A DNA stretch of 64,000 nt from Antechinus flavipes (taxonomy: Eukaryota). How positions within the stretch are numbered: position 1 is the first letter of the stretch; each line of letters starts with the position of its first letter. A program made the position numbers and the translations under genes. The stretch covers positions 38,812,001-38,876,000 of the forward strand of contig NC_067403.1 of assembly GCF_016432865.1 (NCBI RefSeq), in the 5' to 3' direction. Shown here piece after piece: positions 48,300-60,199 of this stretch. Under the pieces are notes generated by a model. It saw nothing but the letters and a program-made list of their open reading frames with translations, was not told the DNA's origin and did no database searches.

Positions 48300-50300
48300 T
48301 GTATCAAGGGCTTCGATAGATCTTGTATTGTGCTAAGCATACCGAGACAGAAAAATGAAACAATCTCCATTTTCTAAGAGCTTAAATTCTGTCAGTGGAG
48401 ATAACACGTGCATATTTTATATTCACAATAAATTTTAAAATAGTTGCAAGGTAGTTAAGATAAGCACTAAATAAATTAGAAGGATCAGAAAAGGCATCCT
48501 AGAGATGACAGGACATGAGCTGCTATCTTGAAGAAGGGAAGAGAATCTATGAAGTGATGCTGAGAGTGACTGTATTCCAGTTTCAAAAGTCAAACAGTAG
48601 AGTCTACATTTGATCCTGGAGGCAAGAGGGAGTCAATGGAGTTCGTTGAGTAAAGTCAGATTTGTGCTTAAGGAAAATCAGTTTGATGACTGTAGTGACT
48701 GGAGTGGGGAAAGACTTAAGATAGGAGGAACAATGAAGAGATGATTATAATAGCTAAGAAGAAGGTCCAAACTAAGATGGTGGCCATGTAAGTTAAGGCA
48801 GGCAGACAAAAGGCAATAAGCATTTATGAATGAATTATGTATGCCAGCCATTGTGCTAAAACTGGGGACATAAAGAAAGATTAAAAACCAGTCTATGCTC
48901 TTAAGGAGTTCAGATTCTAATAGAAGAGTTAATGTGTGAACAACAATATAAAAACAAACATTTATTCAGGGTAAGTTGGGAGTAGTATCAGAGGGAAGGT
49001 ACTAAGATTTTTTTTTTCAGGGTTGAAGATTTATTTAATCTGTTTGGGTTGTGATTCTTTGAATCAACTGGAGTACCTTCTCATCTTTATCCTCCCCCTC
49101 CTTAATTTTTAATTATGATGACAATTTTAATTATGATTCAATAGTTGATTCTGAAATTATTGATACATCTACAACTATTCATTTTCTGTCTTTTACAATA
49201 TTGTCAATTTCATTTTTATTATATTTTTAAAAATTTATTTGCCTTTAATACATATGGCTTTATAAATCATGTTAGGAGAGAGAAATCAAACAAAAGGAAA
49301 AACCCATGGGAGAGCTACAAAAACAGAAAAAAAAAGTAAATATAGCATATGTTGATTTACATTCATTCTCCTTAGTTCTTTTTCTGGATACAGATGGCAT
49401 TTTCTGTCCAGTCTTTTGGGATTGCTTTGGATCACTGAACTATTAAGAAGAATTAATTCATTCATAGTTGATCATCGCACATTATTGCTGTTATTGTTTA
49501 CAATGTATTCCTGGTTCTGCTTGTTTTGCTCAGCATCAGTTCCTGTAAATCTTTCTAGGCCTGGAAGGCATTAGTATTAAGGAGGGCTGGAAAAGGCTTC
49601 TTGTAGAAGGGGAGACTTCAGCTAAAAGTTGAGTGAATTCAGGGATACTAGGAGGCAGAGATGAGGAAGAAGAGAATATCACATGTGGTAGACAGTCAGT
49701 GAAAATCCTTGGAATCAGAAGATGGAAGAGTTTGTGTTCAAGGAACAGCAAGGAGACCAATGTCACTGGTTCACAGAGAATGTGAAAGGAGAGCATAAAA
49801 AGACTGGAAATATAGGAAGGGGCTGGGTTATGAAGAATTTTAAAAGCCAAGGAGAATAGAAAATTTGTTCCTAGAGATAATAAGGAACTATTAGAGTTTA
49901 TTGATTTGGAGCAAAGTCATACTTTTGACAGTCATAGCTAGGAACAGAGGAGGAATTGGGGGGAAGATAATGAGTTTCATTTTAGGACATGTTGTTTTAA
50001 ATATTTGAAAGACCTTTGCTTCAAAGTGTCCAATAGGCAGATACAGATGTAAATACTGATTAGAAAATTAGTACTGGACAAGGAGATCCAAGCATATTCT
50101 GCACAGAAAAGTCAATTGAAACCATGGGAGCTGATGAGATCTTTAATACTTTAGAGAAGAAGAGAGCCTTGAGCAGAACCTTGGGGGAACCCCATAGCTA
50201 GCAAAGGTTATGAACTTGGGAGACTGGAAAAATGATGATGACCCCAACAGAAGTGAGAAATTTGATAGAGAGGAGTGTTTTAATGGAAAGAGAATGGGTT
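48300..50300 (-). mobile_element. Cluster of L2 fragments interrupted by an L1 3' end (~49140-49550)
   Basis: L2 antisense heads (aataagcatttatgaatg...gtatgccagccattgtgcta). The L2 body resumes at ~49555 after the L1. Confidence 0.6.
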
Positions 50301-50424
50301 CTAAAGACCACTTTTCCCATCTTCTGAGCACAAGGGCAAGCAGAGCTTTAATTCCAAAGTTATCTGTCCTTTCTTTGGTAGGATTAGTGGAAGTAATTCC
50401 CTTCCTTCTTCCCTTACCTCTGCC

Positions 50425-50475
50425 TTTTTCTCAGGCAAAAAGGGGTCACAAGTGGAAAAAGTTTAAGAAGGCCTG
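50425..50475. mobile_element. hAT MITE terminal fragment
   Basis: tttttctcaggcaaaaaggggtcacaagtggaaaaagtttaagaaggcctg is the reverse complement of the end at 1083. Confidence 0.55.
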
Positions 50476-51399
50476 CCTTATCAGATCTATAAGGTCTTTC
50501 TGATTTTCAAGTGGACATGAGTAAAAATCAAGGGATTTTATTAATCAAGAAGTTGGTCCCTGAATCTATAGGAAGGAATCTTAGAGAATAGTTGGTTAGG
50601 AAGAAATCATAGAGAACTGTTTTTTTTTTAATCTCCTGATTTTGGAAGTAAGGAAACTGAGTGTAGATAGAGTGAATTGCCCAAGATGACTCAGTAGTAG
50701 GTAACAGGAAAATTCTAAGTTCATCAGTCAGTCAATAAACATTTGCTAAGCGTTTAATTCATTCCAATCACTGTGCTAGGTGCTGGACCTTTACCTTCCA
50801 ATCTTCCAATTTTTGTGCTGGTTTTTACCACAGTTGCTTCATTAACCTTAAACCATTCTCCGTCTCAATTTCAGATTTCAGTAGTGGAATCATTAACAAG
50901 GTCATCCAAACATCTCTCTGATGGAAGGGATAACTTTCTCAAGAGCAGGGTCATCTACAATTTTAAAAGAGTTTTTGAAAAACAAATATGTATGTATTCA
51001 TCTGTATGGACAATAGCTTCCCTCATGCTCATTACCCCATGCTCTCCCTCTAGAATTTCAAGCAATCTTTATCTTAAATAGGAATAAGCTTTTTAATAAG
51101 AGGAGATACTTTATCTGAATACAGTATCACACATAGCAAACCCTGTTATAAAGTGTCTTGTTATTACATGGATGTGGAAGAATCCCAGGTCAAATCAAAT
51201 TTCCTGAAACCTGATCACCTCTGGCAGCAAATAGCTGTCATAATTCAGTTTTCCTATATAGAAACACTATCTATTGAAAGAATTCTTGAAAGCTCTGATG
51301 TGAAAAATGTAATAAAATGAAGAGAGTGAAAATTGTATCACATACAATCATAGATTGGCAGGGGAGAAGGGAAGTCTATGGGGAATGGGGATGTGACTG

Positions 51400-51800
51400 A
51401 TAATTTCTTTTTTTTTTTGAAATCTAATTTTTGACATATTTTATATCATCTTTATTTTAAAATATAACCTTTTCCCCTTCTCTTCCTTAGCAAGTCTCCT
51501 TTGTAAAAGGGGGGGTAGTTAAAAACAAAAAGAGAAAAAGAGGAGTTTACTTTTTTCAATCTCAGTATTTTATTGTTCTAAAGAGATAAATATAGTTTTC
51601 AACATTCATTTTGTGTTCCAAATTTTTCTCTTTCCTCCCCCTCCTCAAGACAGCAAGATTTAGATTAAATATGTGTAATTTAACTGAACAAAACCTACTT
51701 ATTCTGTCTAACAGTATATTTGATATTCCACAGTCGAATCCTCCACCTTTGCAGAGAAGAAGAAGGTACATTTTCTCAAATCTTTTCTGACACTGAACTT
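51400..51800 (-). mobile_element. L1 3'-end fragments
   Basis: ttttcaacattcattttgtgttccaaatttttctc...caagacagcaag. Confidence 0.6.
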
Positions 51801-52994
51801 GGCCTATATAGTTGTAATTATGTAGTATTCATTTACCTTTTATTGGGGGGAATATTTTCATTTATATTAGACGACACTTTCGGTAAGACTGAAATAAAAA
51901 CCTCATTCAAAATATTATTATTTAAATAGATATACAGTAAAGATCATGGTAGCTCATGGACAATTTGAATTCTCATCTCAGTTACACTTGGAAATGAGCC
52001 CAAAGGATATTCAAGTTCTATTTGGCCAAATTGGGTGAAAATACCCATCAGAATGGTAATCCTTTATTGTTCTACCGGTCACAAGATTTTGAGCTAGAAG
52101 ATATCATCTGTTCTAACTTATCTCTTTTTAAATATAAAGAAACTGAGGCCCCAGAATTGAAATTACTTTTTCAAGGTCACAAAGCTGGTAGCTGAATTGG
52201 GATTTGAAAGAGATCCTTGACCTTCAAACCCAGTGCTCTTTGCACCCTGCCAGGCTGTCTCTCGCATTTTCACTTCCAATTTGGATCCAAGTACCATCCG
52301 TCACAATTCATTTGACTTATCTCTTATCAGGTCCGATTTTTCCATTTTTCTTTCAGGGTATAATAAATTACATTCAAATGACAGTCACAGGAGAAACTTT
52401 CCTTTCCTTTCTAATCAACAAAGTTGATAGATGGCAAGTGAAGCCCTGGGGAAACAGCATCTGTTATAGATCAAGGATCCCCTTCCCACCAAAGAAAGAT
52501 TTAAGAGACACAAAGTATTTTGCAATTTAACATTTGCTCAAGTCTAGCACTTGCACATCATTAGCAACTAGATGCAAGGAGAAAGTTCAGGAGGAAGGGG
52601 TGACTGTGATTAAAGGGGTATTTACTTATGAGGGAAGTCAGACTGGGTAGGTCAGATCCACAAGACTAATCTGAAACTGAAAGGTGAGCCAATGAGCTGG
52701 TCAATTTGGGATGTGTAGACAGCCATTTAGGGGTCATTGAGGCCAAAAAAGTCTCACACTTTGGAATGAATTCATCCACCCAGTGAGTTCTCCTGCCCTG
52801 AGTTTAGTGGGTGATTGTTCAAAACTTCTTTTGACCTAGTCCAAGTAGATAGAGCATATGATAATAGTTCAACTCAATTCTGTTTCCCAGTTTCGAATCC
52901 CTGTCCTGACACTTATTATTGACTTTGGATGAGTAATTTCTTTTCAGTTTCTTTATCTATAAAATGAAGGACTTAGACCAAAATCTCTAAGATC

Positions 52995-53050
52995 ATTTCC
53001 AGATTTTATAATTGTAGATTCAATTTCCAGATTTTATAATTGTAGATTCA
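52995..53050. repeat. Perfect 28-bp tandem duplication
   Basis: atttccagattttataattgtagattca x2, at a MIR/L2 junction. Confidence 0.95.
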
Positions 53051-53500
53051 ATGTACCAGGCCCTGGGCTAAGCACTGGGGATTAAAAAAATGAGGCAAAG
53101 GACAGTCCCCCTTGCCCTCAAGGAGCTGACAATCTAATGGGGACACAACAGACAGACAAATATATACAAAGCAAAAAATTAACAGAATATATAGGAAATA
53201 ATGAACAGAGGGAAAGTGTTGGAATAAGAGAGGTTGGAGCAAGCTTTCTGGAGAAAGTAGGATTTTAGTTGGGAGTGGGCAGCTAGATGGCATAGTGTAT
53301 AGAGTGCTGACATCTGGGAGACTCATCCTTCTAAATTAAAATATGACTTCAAACACTAGTTGTGTGATCCTGGGCAAGTCACTTAACCCTACTTGCCTCA
53401 GGTTGTAAATTGAGCTTGAGAAAGAAATGTCAAATCACTCACTATCTCTGCCAAGAAAACCCCAAATATGACACAGAGAGTCAGATACAACCGACCAAAT
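53051..53500. mobile_element. L2 3' fragment (-) followed by Mar1-type SINE (+, from ~53272)
   Basis: atgtaccaggccctgggctaagcactgggg...ccctcaaggagctgacaatctaatgggg; then ggcagctagatggcatagtg...gccaagaaaaccccaaat. Confidence 0.7.
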
Positions 53501-53722
53501 ATAATATAAAAAATATCTGAGGCAGATCTGAATTCAGGGCTTCCAGACTCTAAATCTAGGGTTCTATTCAAAAGCCACCTAATTATCTCTAGGAATGTTC
53601 ATGGACCCAGGCAAAGTAATGCTATGGGGTCCAAGAGGCTAACTGGAGAATTTAAGGGAAAGTTTCATGGAGGATATGGTTTTGGAGATGAACTCTCAAG
53701 AATGAGTGAAATGTCAAGATAA

Positions 53723-53724
<2 letters not shown>

Positions 53725-53776
<52 letters not shown>
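53725..53776. repeat. (GT)n microsatellite
   Basis: Read directly. Confidence 0.95.
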
Positions 53777-53778
<2 letters not shown>

Positions 53779-55019
53779 GGGATAAGCTGTATGACATTTC
53801 AGGTATAGGGAACCAAAACACACAGGCACGGTGCTTTCCTGCTCATTTGGAAACTGTTGAGTAGTCTTATTTGAGAAGTAATACAGTATATTACAGTATA
53901 AAGTACAGAGTTTGCAGGGGGATAATATGAGATATAGTTGGAAAGGAAGGATGACACTGGATTATAGGGGGTCTTCAATGCCAGGTTAGGGAGTCTGTAC
54001 TTTATGTGCTAAGTAGACATTTTGTCTGTCCAGTACAACAGGATATTATCTCTTCAATTTTCACTGTCATTGCTATACTATACCTTGGGAATCTAGGTGG
54101 CAGACAGCTAGAAGAGTTTGTTGGAGCTGAGGCTATGATCTTTGGGTTTTATGATGACCCCTAAATCCATCTCAGGCCCCAGTTTCTAAGGGGACAATTA
54201 ATCTGTGAATAAATAATTCTTCTCCTGAATATACCCAGCATACTCATACCCATCAAAGCCTCAGTTGTAGCAGAAGGCAGTTCAATCTCACTGATGACAT
54301 TTCAGCAAATGCTTTCCTAAATTGTCTACCTTGACCTTTTACCCTGCATCCCTTTCCCTCTCAGAATGGGTCAGCTCTGCTTCTCTGCCCGAAGTCTTGA
54401 TCTGAACTTCTTCAGGGAAGTCTGTTTGAATTGTAGTATCCTTTATCTTGGGGTGCATCAAAACAAGTCCCCTAAGGTTCCATTAACCTCCTCCATTCTT
54501 CTATTTCAATTTCTTGTCATTTTTGCTTTACTTCTGTATTGTATCTTTAAGGGGATCCTTTTCATGTGGGTGGGGATGCTCCCCTTGCAAAGTATCATCA
54601 CTTTCTATATTGGGGTCATTGGTAAGTTCTCAGTCTCTATTCCATGACTAACTGTTGCTTTTGGTTCACTGACTACTGAGGGAGAAAGCTAGATTCTGAT
54701 TAGTGCGAATAATGAATCCCATAAAGTGGTTACATCATTTGAATTTACACAGCACATTGCCACTGAGCTAGAACCAATTACCATATTTTACATAATTATA
54801 ACTTTGAATAGTTTGAATTCGAATACGTATGACCACTTAACAGGGCTCATTATTCACACTAATTAGGACCTAGCTGGGCAATGGGTTAATGGTTGCTGAG
54901 AATAGTGATGGTGTTACCTTCTTACATTATTTTCATTCTATCCTTTTCTCTCCACAAAGGCTTTAAATTTCTTCACTAGCTCCTGGTCAGCAGTAGGATT
55001 TTTTTTTCTTGTTCTCTCT

Positions 55020-55380
55020 CTTTTTTTAAATCTTATTTTTAGTTATATCTTTTTTTTTTTTACATCACCCTCATTTCTGAATATATCTTTCCTCTTTCTC
55101 TTCCCAAGAGGATAGCTATCCCTTGCAATGAAGATTAAAAACAAAAGATTAAAAAAGCAGTTTAACAAAACCAACTGATGTCAGCTGTATCTTGCAGTGT
55201 ATGTAATCTTTTCTCAATATACATCCCAGCTTCCCCACCTCTGTAAAGAGAGGAAGATAGTACATTGTCTTAACTCTTCTCCTGGATCAAACTTGGTCAT
55301 TACAATTACACAGAGCTTAGTTTCTCTTCTGATTCTTTCAATTTATATTTTTAGTCGCATATATATATATGTACACCCCC

Positions 55381-55422
<42 letters not shown>

Positions 55423-56520
55423 TTCTGCCTTAATTCATGAGTCTATCTATGCTCCTCTGAATTTATCATTTTCTTCATTTCTTACAGGGTAGTCATATTT
55501 TATTATATCAATATCTTATTATATCTATTTATCAGATAATCATTTCTTAACAAGTGAATATTTGTTTCCAGTTCTTTGTTCTTTCAAAAAAAATGCTGCT
55601 ATAAATATTTTAGTGTATGTGGAGCTTTTCTATTTATTATTGACTCCCTTAGAATAGATGCCTGGCAATGGGATCAAAGGATATGGACCTTTTTGTCATT
55701 AGCACAATTCCAAATTGTGTTCCACAAAGGTTAGACTCTTTTATAGTTCCACCAACAATGAATTACTGTCAAGTGAAGTCAATGAACATTTATTAAATAC
55801 CTACTATTTGTAGTAGGAGGCTGAGGACAAAAGGGCAAAAAATAGTCCCCGCTGTCAAGAAATTCATAGTCTAATGGAGGAGACAATATGAAAACAACTG
55901 AGTGCCAAGAAGATACAAACAGGATAAATTGGAGGTAATCTCTGGAGGGAGGTATTAAGAAGTCATCCAAGGAAACTGGGAGACAGATGTAAAAGGACAG
56001 AGGTCCAGGCATAGGAGTCTAGCCTGTCTATTCACATCCTTCCAATTTCTGTCTTTGGTCATCTTTGCCAATTTGTTGGGTGTGAGGTTAAAAATTCCTC
56101 ATCACATTTCTCAAATTATTTCTGATTTGGAGGAATATTTCCAGGGGTTATTAGCATATTTTATTCTTTTCTTTTACTTGCTTAGTCACTGAAATGACTC
56201 TTGGTCTTCTATGCCTATCTTTTAATTTCCTCCATATTTTTAGTATTAGGCCCTTTTGAGAAATCTTTAATGCACATATTTATCCCAGATGATATTTTCT
56301 GCTCTTGTCCTATGTCCGTTGCTTTTGTTCGTACAAAAGCTTTTCAGCTTCTGCAATCAAAATTATCTATTTTATTTTTATGATGAATTCTATGGATTTT
56401 TATGATGATTCTATTTTTATGATAGATTTTTGGTTAAAAAATTTCTCCTTTTCCTCCATTTCTGCAACAGTTATGTGATCTTGCTATTTTCTAATTTTAA
56501 AAAATAATTTGATCGTTCTT
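55020..56520 (-). mobile_element. Older L1 containing a nested L2 fragment (55771-56021) and an (AT)n run
   Basis: The L1 motif ccaccaacaatgaattactgt|gcctgtc...catctttgccaattt is split by aagtcaatgaacatttattaaatacctactat...(L2). Confidence 0.65.
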
Positions 56521-57477
56521 TTCATTTTATTTTCATATTTCATATTAATATTTCATTTTATTTTATATTCAATATATTATATTTTATATTCAAGTCATAT
56601 AGATAATGTAGATATAGATATAGATATATAACTTAGGAGACATTTAGTGTAATCTTCCACTTAATAGATGAATAGACTGAGACCCCCGAGAAATCAAATG
56701 ACTTGGCCATGATAAAAAAGATAATAAATGAGAGAGACAAGATTTAAAGCGTCTTCTAATTCCAAAATAGATATTCTTTGCTCATATCCCTGCTTCCCCT
56801 CCATTTTGAATTTACTGTGGAAGATGGTATGAGACAGCTGTAGGGATTTTACTTCCTAATTTTCAAGTAACCTTTTTGATGGTTATCTCTCTGAGGATCT
56901 TGTAATGCCCTACAGTCTCTACCAGCTTACTTCAAATGTAGCTGCTTTATCTTCCTTCCAATTGAACTTTATCAGTACCTGGCACTATCCCAAAGTGCTC
57001 ACAGCAAGGTATAATGACCTTTCAATATCATCATCATTATGGCCAATAGGCACCCTTCAAAGAAAGTTGGCAAGCCCCATGAGGACTGGATCCTGTGACC
57101 ATGGAGCAGTTCTCCAAAATCTCATAGCCATTAAGACTTCAGCATTTCAAAGACCATTCAACAAAGTCATCTAAACACACTCAGTTATACAATACACTTC
57201 TCCACAGCTGTGCCCCATTCCACTTATTTTTTCACCGAATACAATGTGACTTTGGCATTAAATGAACAAAAAAGTGTAATAGTACTAATGCACCTTGGTA
57301 CAATAATTTTAATCAGCTCACCTCATGTGTGGTAGAGTGTGCCCTGGAAATTAGCTATCAATTTACAGCCTTGACTTTGAGAAAATAAAATAAAACGAGA
57401 TATTCTCATTGTTACTAGTGTTAGCAGTTTCAGCAATGTAGTTTATGATTACTAGTATAAATAATTTATCTTTTTAA

Positions 57478-57890
57478 AAATAATAATAGCTTTTTTTTTT
57501 CAAAATACATGCAAAGATAATTTTCAACATTCACCCTTGGAAAATGTTATGTTCTAAATTTTTTCCCTTCTTCCCCCTTTCCTTCCTCCTCAAGACAGCA
57601 AGTAATCCAATATAGGTTAAATATATGCAATTCTAAACACATTTCTATATTTATCATGCTGTACAAGAAAAATCAGATCTAGAAGGAAAAAATGAGAAAG
57701 GAAAAAAAAGCAAGAAAATAACAAAAAAAAAAGGTGAAAATGTTATGTTGTGATCCATACTCAGTCCCCCCCAGTCCTCTCTCTGGATGCAGATGGCTCC
57801 CTCCATCGCAAGTCTACTGGAATTGGCCTGAATCATCTCATTTTTTAAAAGAGCCAAGTTCATCACAGTTGATCATCACATAATCTTGTT
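57478..57890 (-). mobile_element. L1 3' end
   Basis: aataatagcttttt...caaaatacatgcaaagata...gatcatcacataatcttg. Confidence 0.88.
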
Positions 57891-58063
57891 TAAACAGTTT
57901 AGTATTGAAATTTCAATATATTGTCCCAATATGATTCATAAAGCAGTATGCTTTAAAATTAATTAATTAACAAGAAACAAATGGAAAGGTTTACACAAAA
58001 TAACAAATAGTGAAATGAGCAGAACCAGGAGAACACTGTATATAGTAACTGTGATATTGTTTT

Positions 58064-58448
58064 TTTTTTAAATAACTTTTTATTGATAGAACCCATGCCA
58101 GAGTAATTTTTTACAGCATTATCCCTTGCATTCACTTCTGTTCCGATTTTTCCCCTCCCTCTCTCCACCCCTTCCCCCAGATGGCAAGCAGTCCTTTACA
58201 TGTTGAATGGGTTGCAGTATATCCTAGATACAATATATGTGTGCAGAACCGAACAGTTCTCTTGTTGCACAGGGAGAATTGGATTCAGAAGTATAAATAA
58301 CCCGGGAAGAAAAATAAAAATGCAAGCAGTTTATATTCATTTTCCAGTGTTCTTTCTCTGGGTGTAGCTGCTTCTGTCCATCTTTGATCAATTAAAGCTC
58401 TCTTTATCGAAGAAATCCACTTCCATCAGAATACATCCTCAAACAGTA
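58064..58448 (-). mobile_element. Young L1 3' end with 14-bp TSD
   Basis: TSD tgtgatattgtttt at 58050-58063 and 58449-58462. Confidence 0.9.
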
Positions 58449-58475
58449 TGTGATATTGTTTTAAGAATGATTTTA

Positions 58476-58626
58476 GGGGCAGCTGGATGGTGCAGTGGAT
58501 CGAGCACCTGCCCTGAAGTCAGAAGGACCTGAGTTCAAGTCCAGTCTCAGACACTTAACACTTCCTAACTGTGTGATGCTGGGCAAGTCACTTAATTCCA
58601 ATTGTCTCAGCCAAAAAAAAAAAAAT
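58476..58626 (+). mobile_element. WSINE1-type SINE with TSD
   Basis: TSD gaatga(t/g)ttta at 58465-58475 and 58627-58637. Confidence 0.9.
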
Positions 58627-60199
58627 GAATGAGTTTAAATGAAGAAGTTATCTTGACTGTTATAAACCTCCAAAATAACAATAAAGGATATATTAAAAAA
58701 TACTATGTGCATTCAAAGAAAGAACTGATAAATAGAAGTATGCGTAGAATAATCATACATATACACAGCTAATTATGTCTAACAATGGCTATCTGTAGGG
58801 TGGGATGGAGAGGATAGAAGAATAAAAAAGGGAAAAGTAATGTTCATATCAACTTTGTTGTAAATGTAAAAGGAATAACAAGTTGTATATAATAAATGTT
58901 CCAGTTTCATGTTAAATCATATTTTTTAATCATATTATGTTTGTTTCATAAATTAAAAATAAAATAATTTAATAAAAAATTTCAATATAGCCTTTGCCAC
59001 CTATCTCTTTTCCAAAATCACCAGTGAGCCTAATAATGCTAGATGAGGTAGCTTCAGATTGACTCAGTGTTACATAAGTAAACTTATTGATTTGTAATTA
59101 TCTCAAATGAGCCCTCATTAAATATAAACACTGGGCAACTGAAAACTCTAAGAAGAACTAAGGCCTTTGCCATTCTTCCCCAGTTTTAATGTGTGTTGTT
59201 GGGGATAATCAATTTAGCAAATGATGACTCAAGCTGCCATCAGTGAAATGCTCTCTACTGAGAGAATGAGTAAGTCATGAATCACGACTTAATTCATGAA
59301 GTCGTGAAGCAAAAACACTTAAGACATAATAATTGTAATAATAATACACATATATAAGTGTATATATATGTGTGTTTGCGAGTATATCTGTAATACGTGT
59401 ATATATTTGTGTATGTATGTATGAGTCTGTGTAGTGCTTATTATGTGCTTAGCACTGTATTAAGTGCTTTTACAATAACCAGGGCTAATAATTTATGGTT
59501 ATGATCTCATTGGATCCTTACAACAATCCTTGGAGGTAGGTGCTCTTATTAATGGTATTTTATGGAGGAAGAAGCTGAAACAACCAGAAGTGAAGTGACT
59601 CGCCCAGAGTCACACAGCTAGTAAGTGTCTGAGGCTGGTTTTGAAGGGGGGTGATGCTGACTGCAAGCCCAGGGTTCTATCCATTGAGCCATATAGCTGT
59701 CCCTTACATCTGACAAATAAGAAAGAATGGAGGAGTTGATTCTCAGCCCCTGGTACACAAATAGATCCAAACCCTTATACATTCTGAGGGAATTACAGTT
59801 TAAGCTTCCCTTAATCCCTGAGAATCTTTCATCACATCAGGAGAGGAACAAAATTACTTGAGAACTCCGTCTCAGAAGCCCCTTAATTTAGCTCCAAAGA
59901 CATCAGAATCCCACCATGCAATGCAGTATCCCTTCATATGTTTCCTTTTCTTTCTCTTAGTCCCGAGCCCACAACTGTGGGGAAGCCCACAGGGAAGGTC
60001 CAGCTTCCAGCCACCCTGACTCTTTACTTCCAACCCTTTCCCCCATTCCTTTTTCTTCCTTCTCCAAGTTCATACCTGCTAATCAAATCCCTCATTACTG
60101 CGTAGGCCTCCTGAAATTCTGGCATTCTGCTGCTTCCTCCTATGAAGGGCAGCTTCACCATTATGAGCAGCTGAAGTCTGGCTGAATTCTACAAGGCAA

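Larger units (their letters stand above)
57975..58960 (+). mobile_element. Old sense-strand L1 3' region hosting two nested insertions
   Basis: gtgaaatgagcagaaccaggagaacactgta...caaagaaagaactgat...aataaaaataaa, interrupted between 58064 and 58626. Confidence 0.65.
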
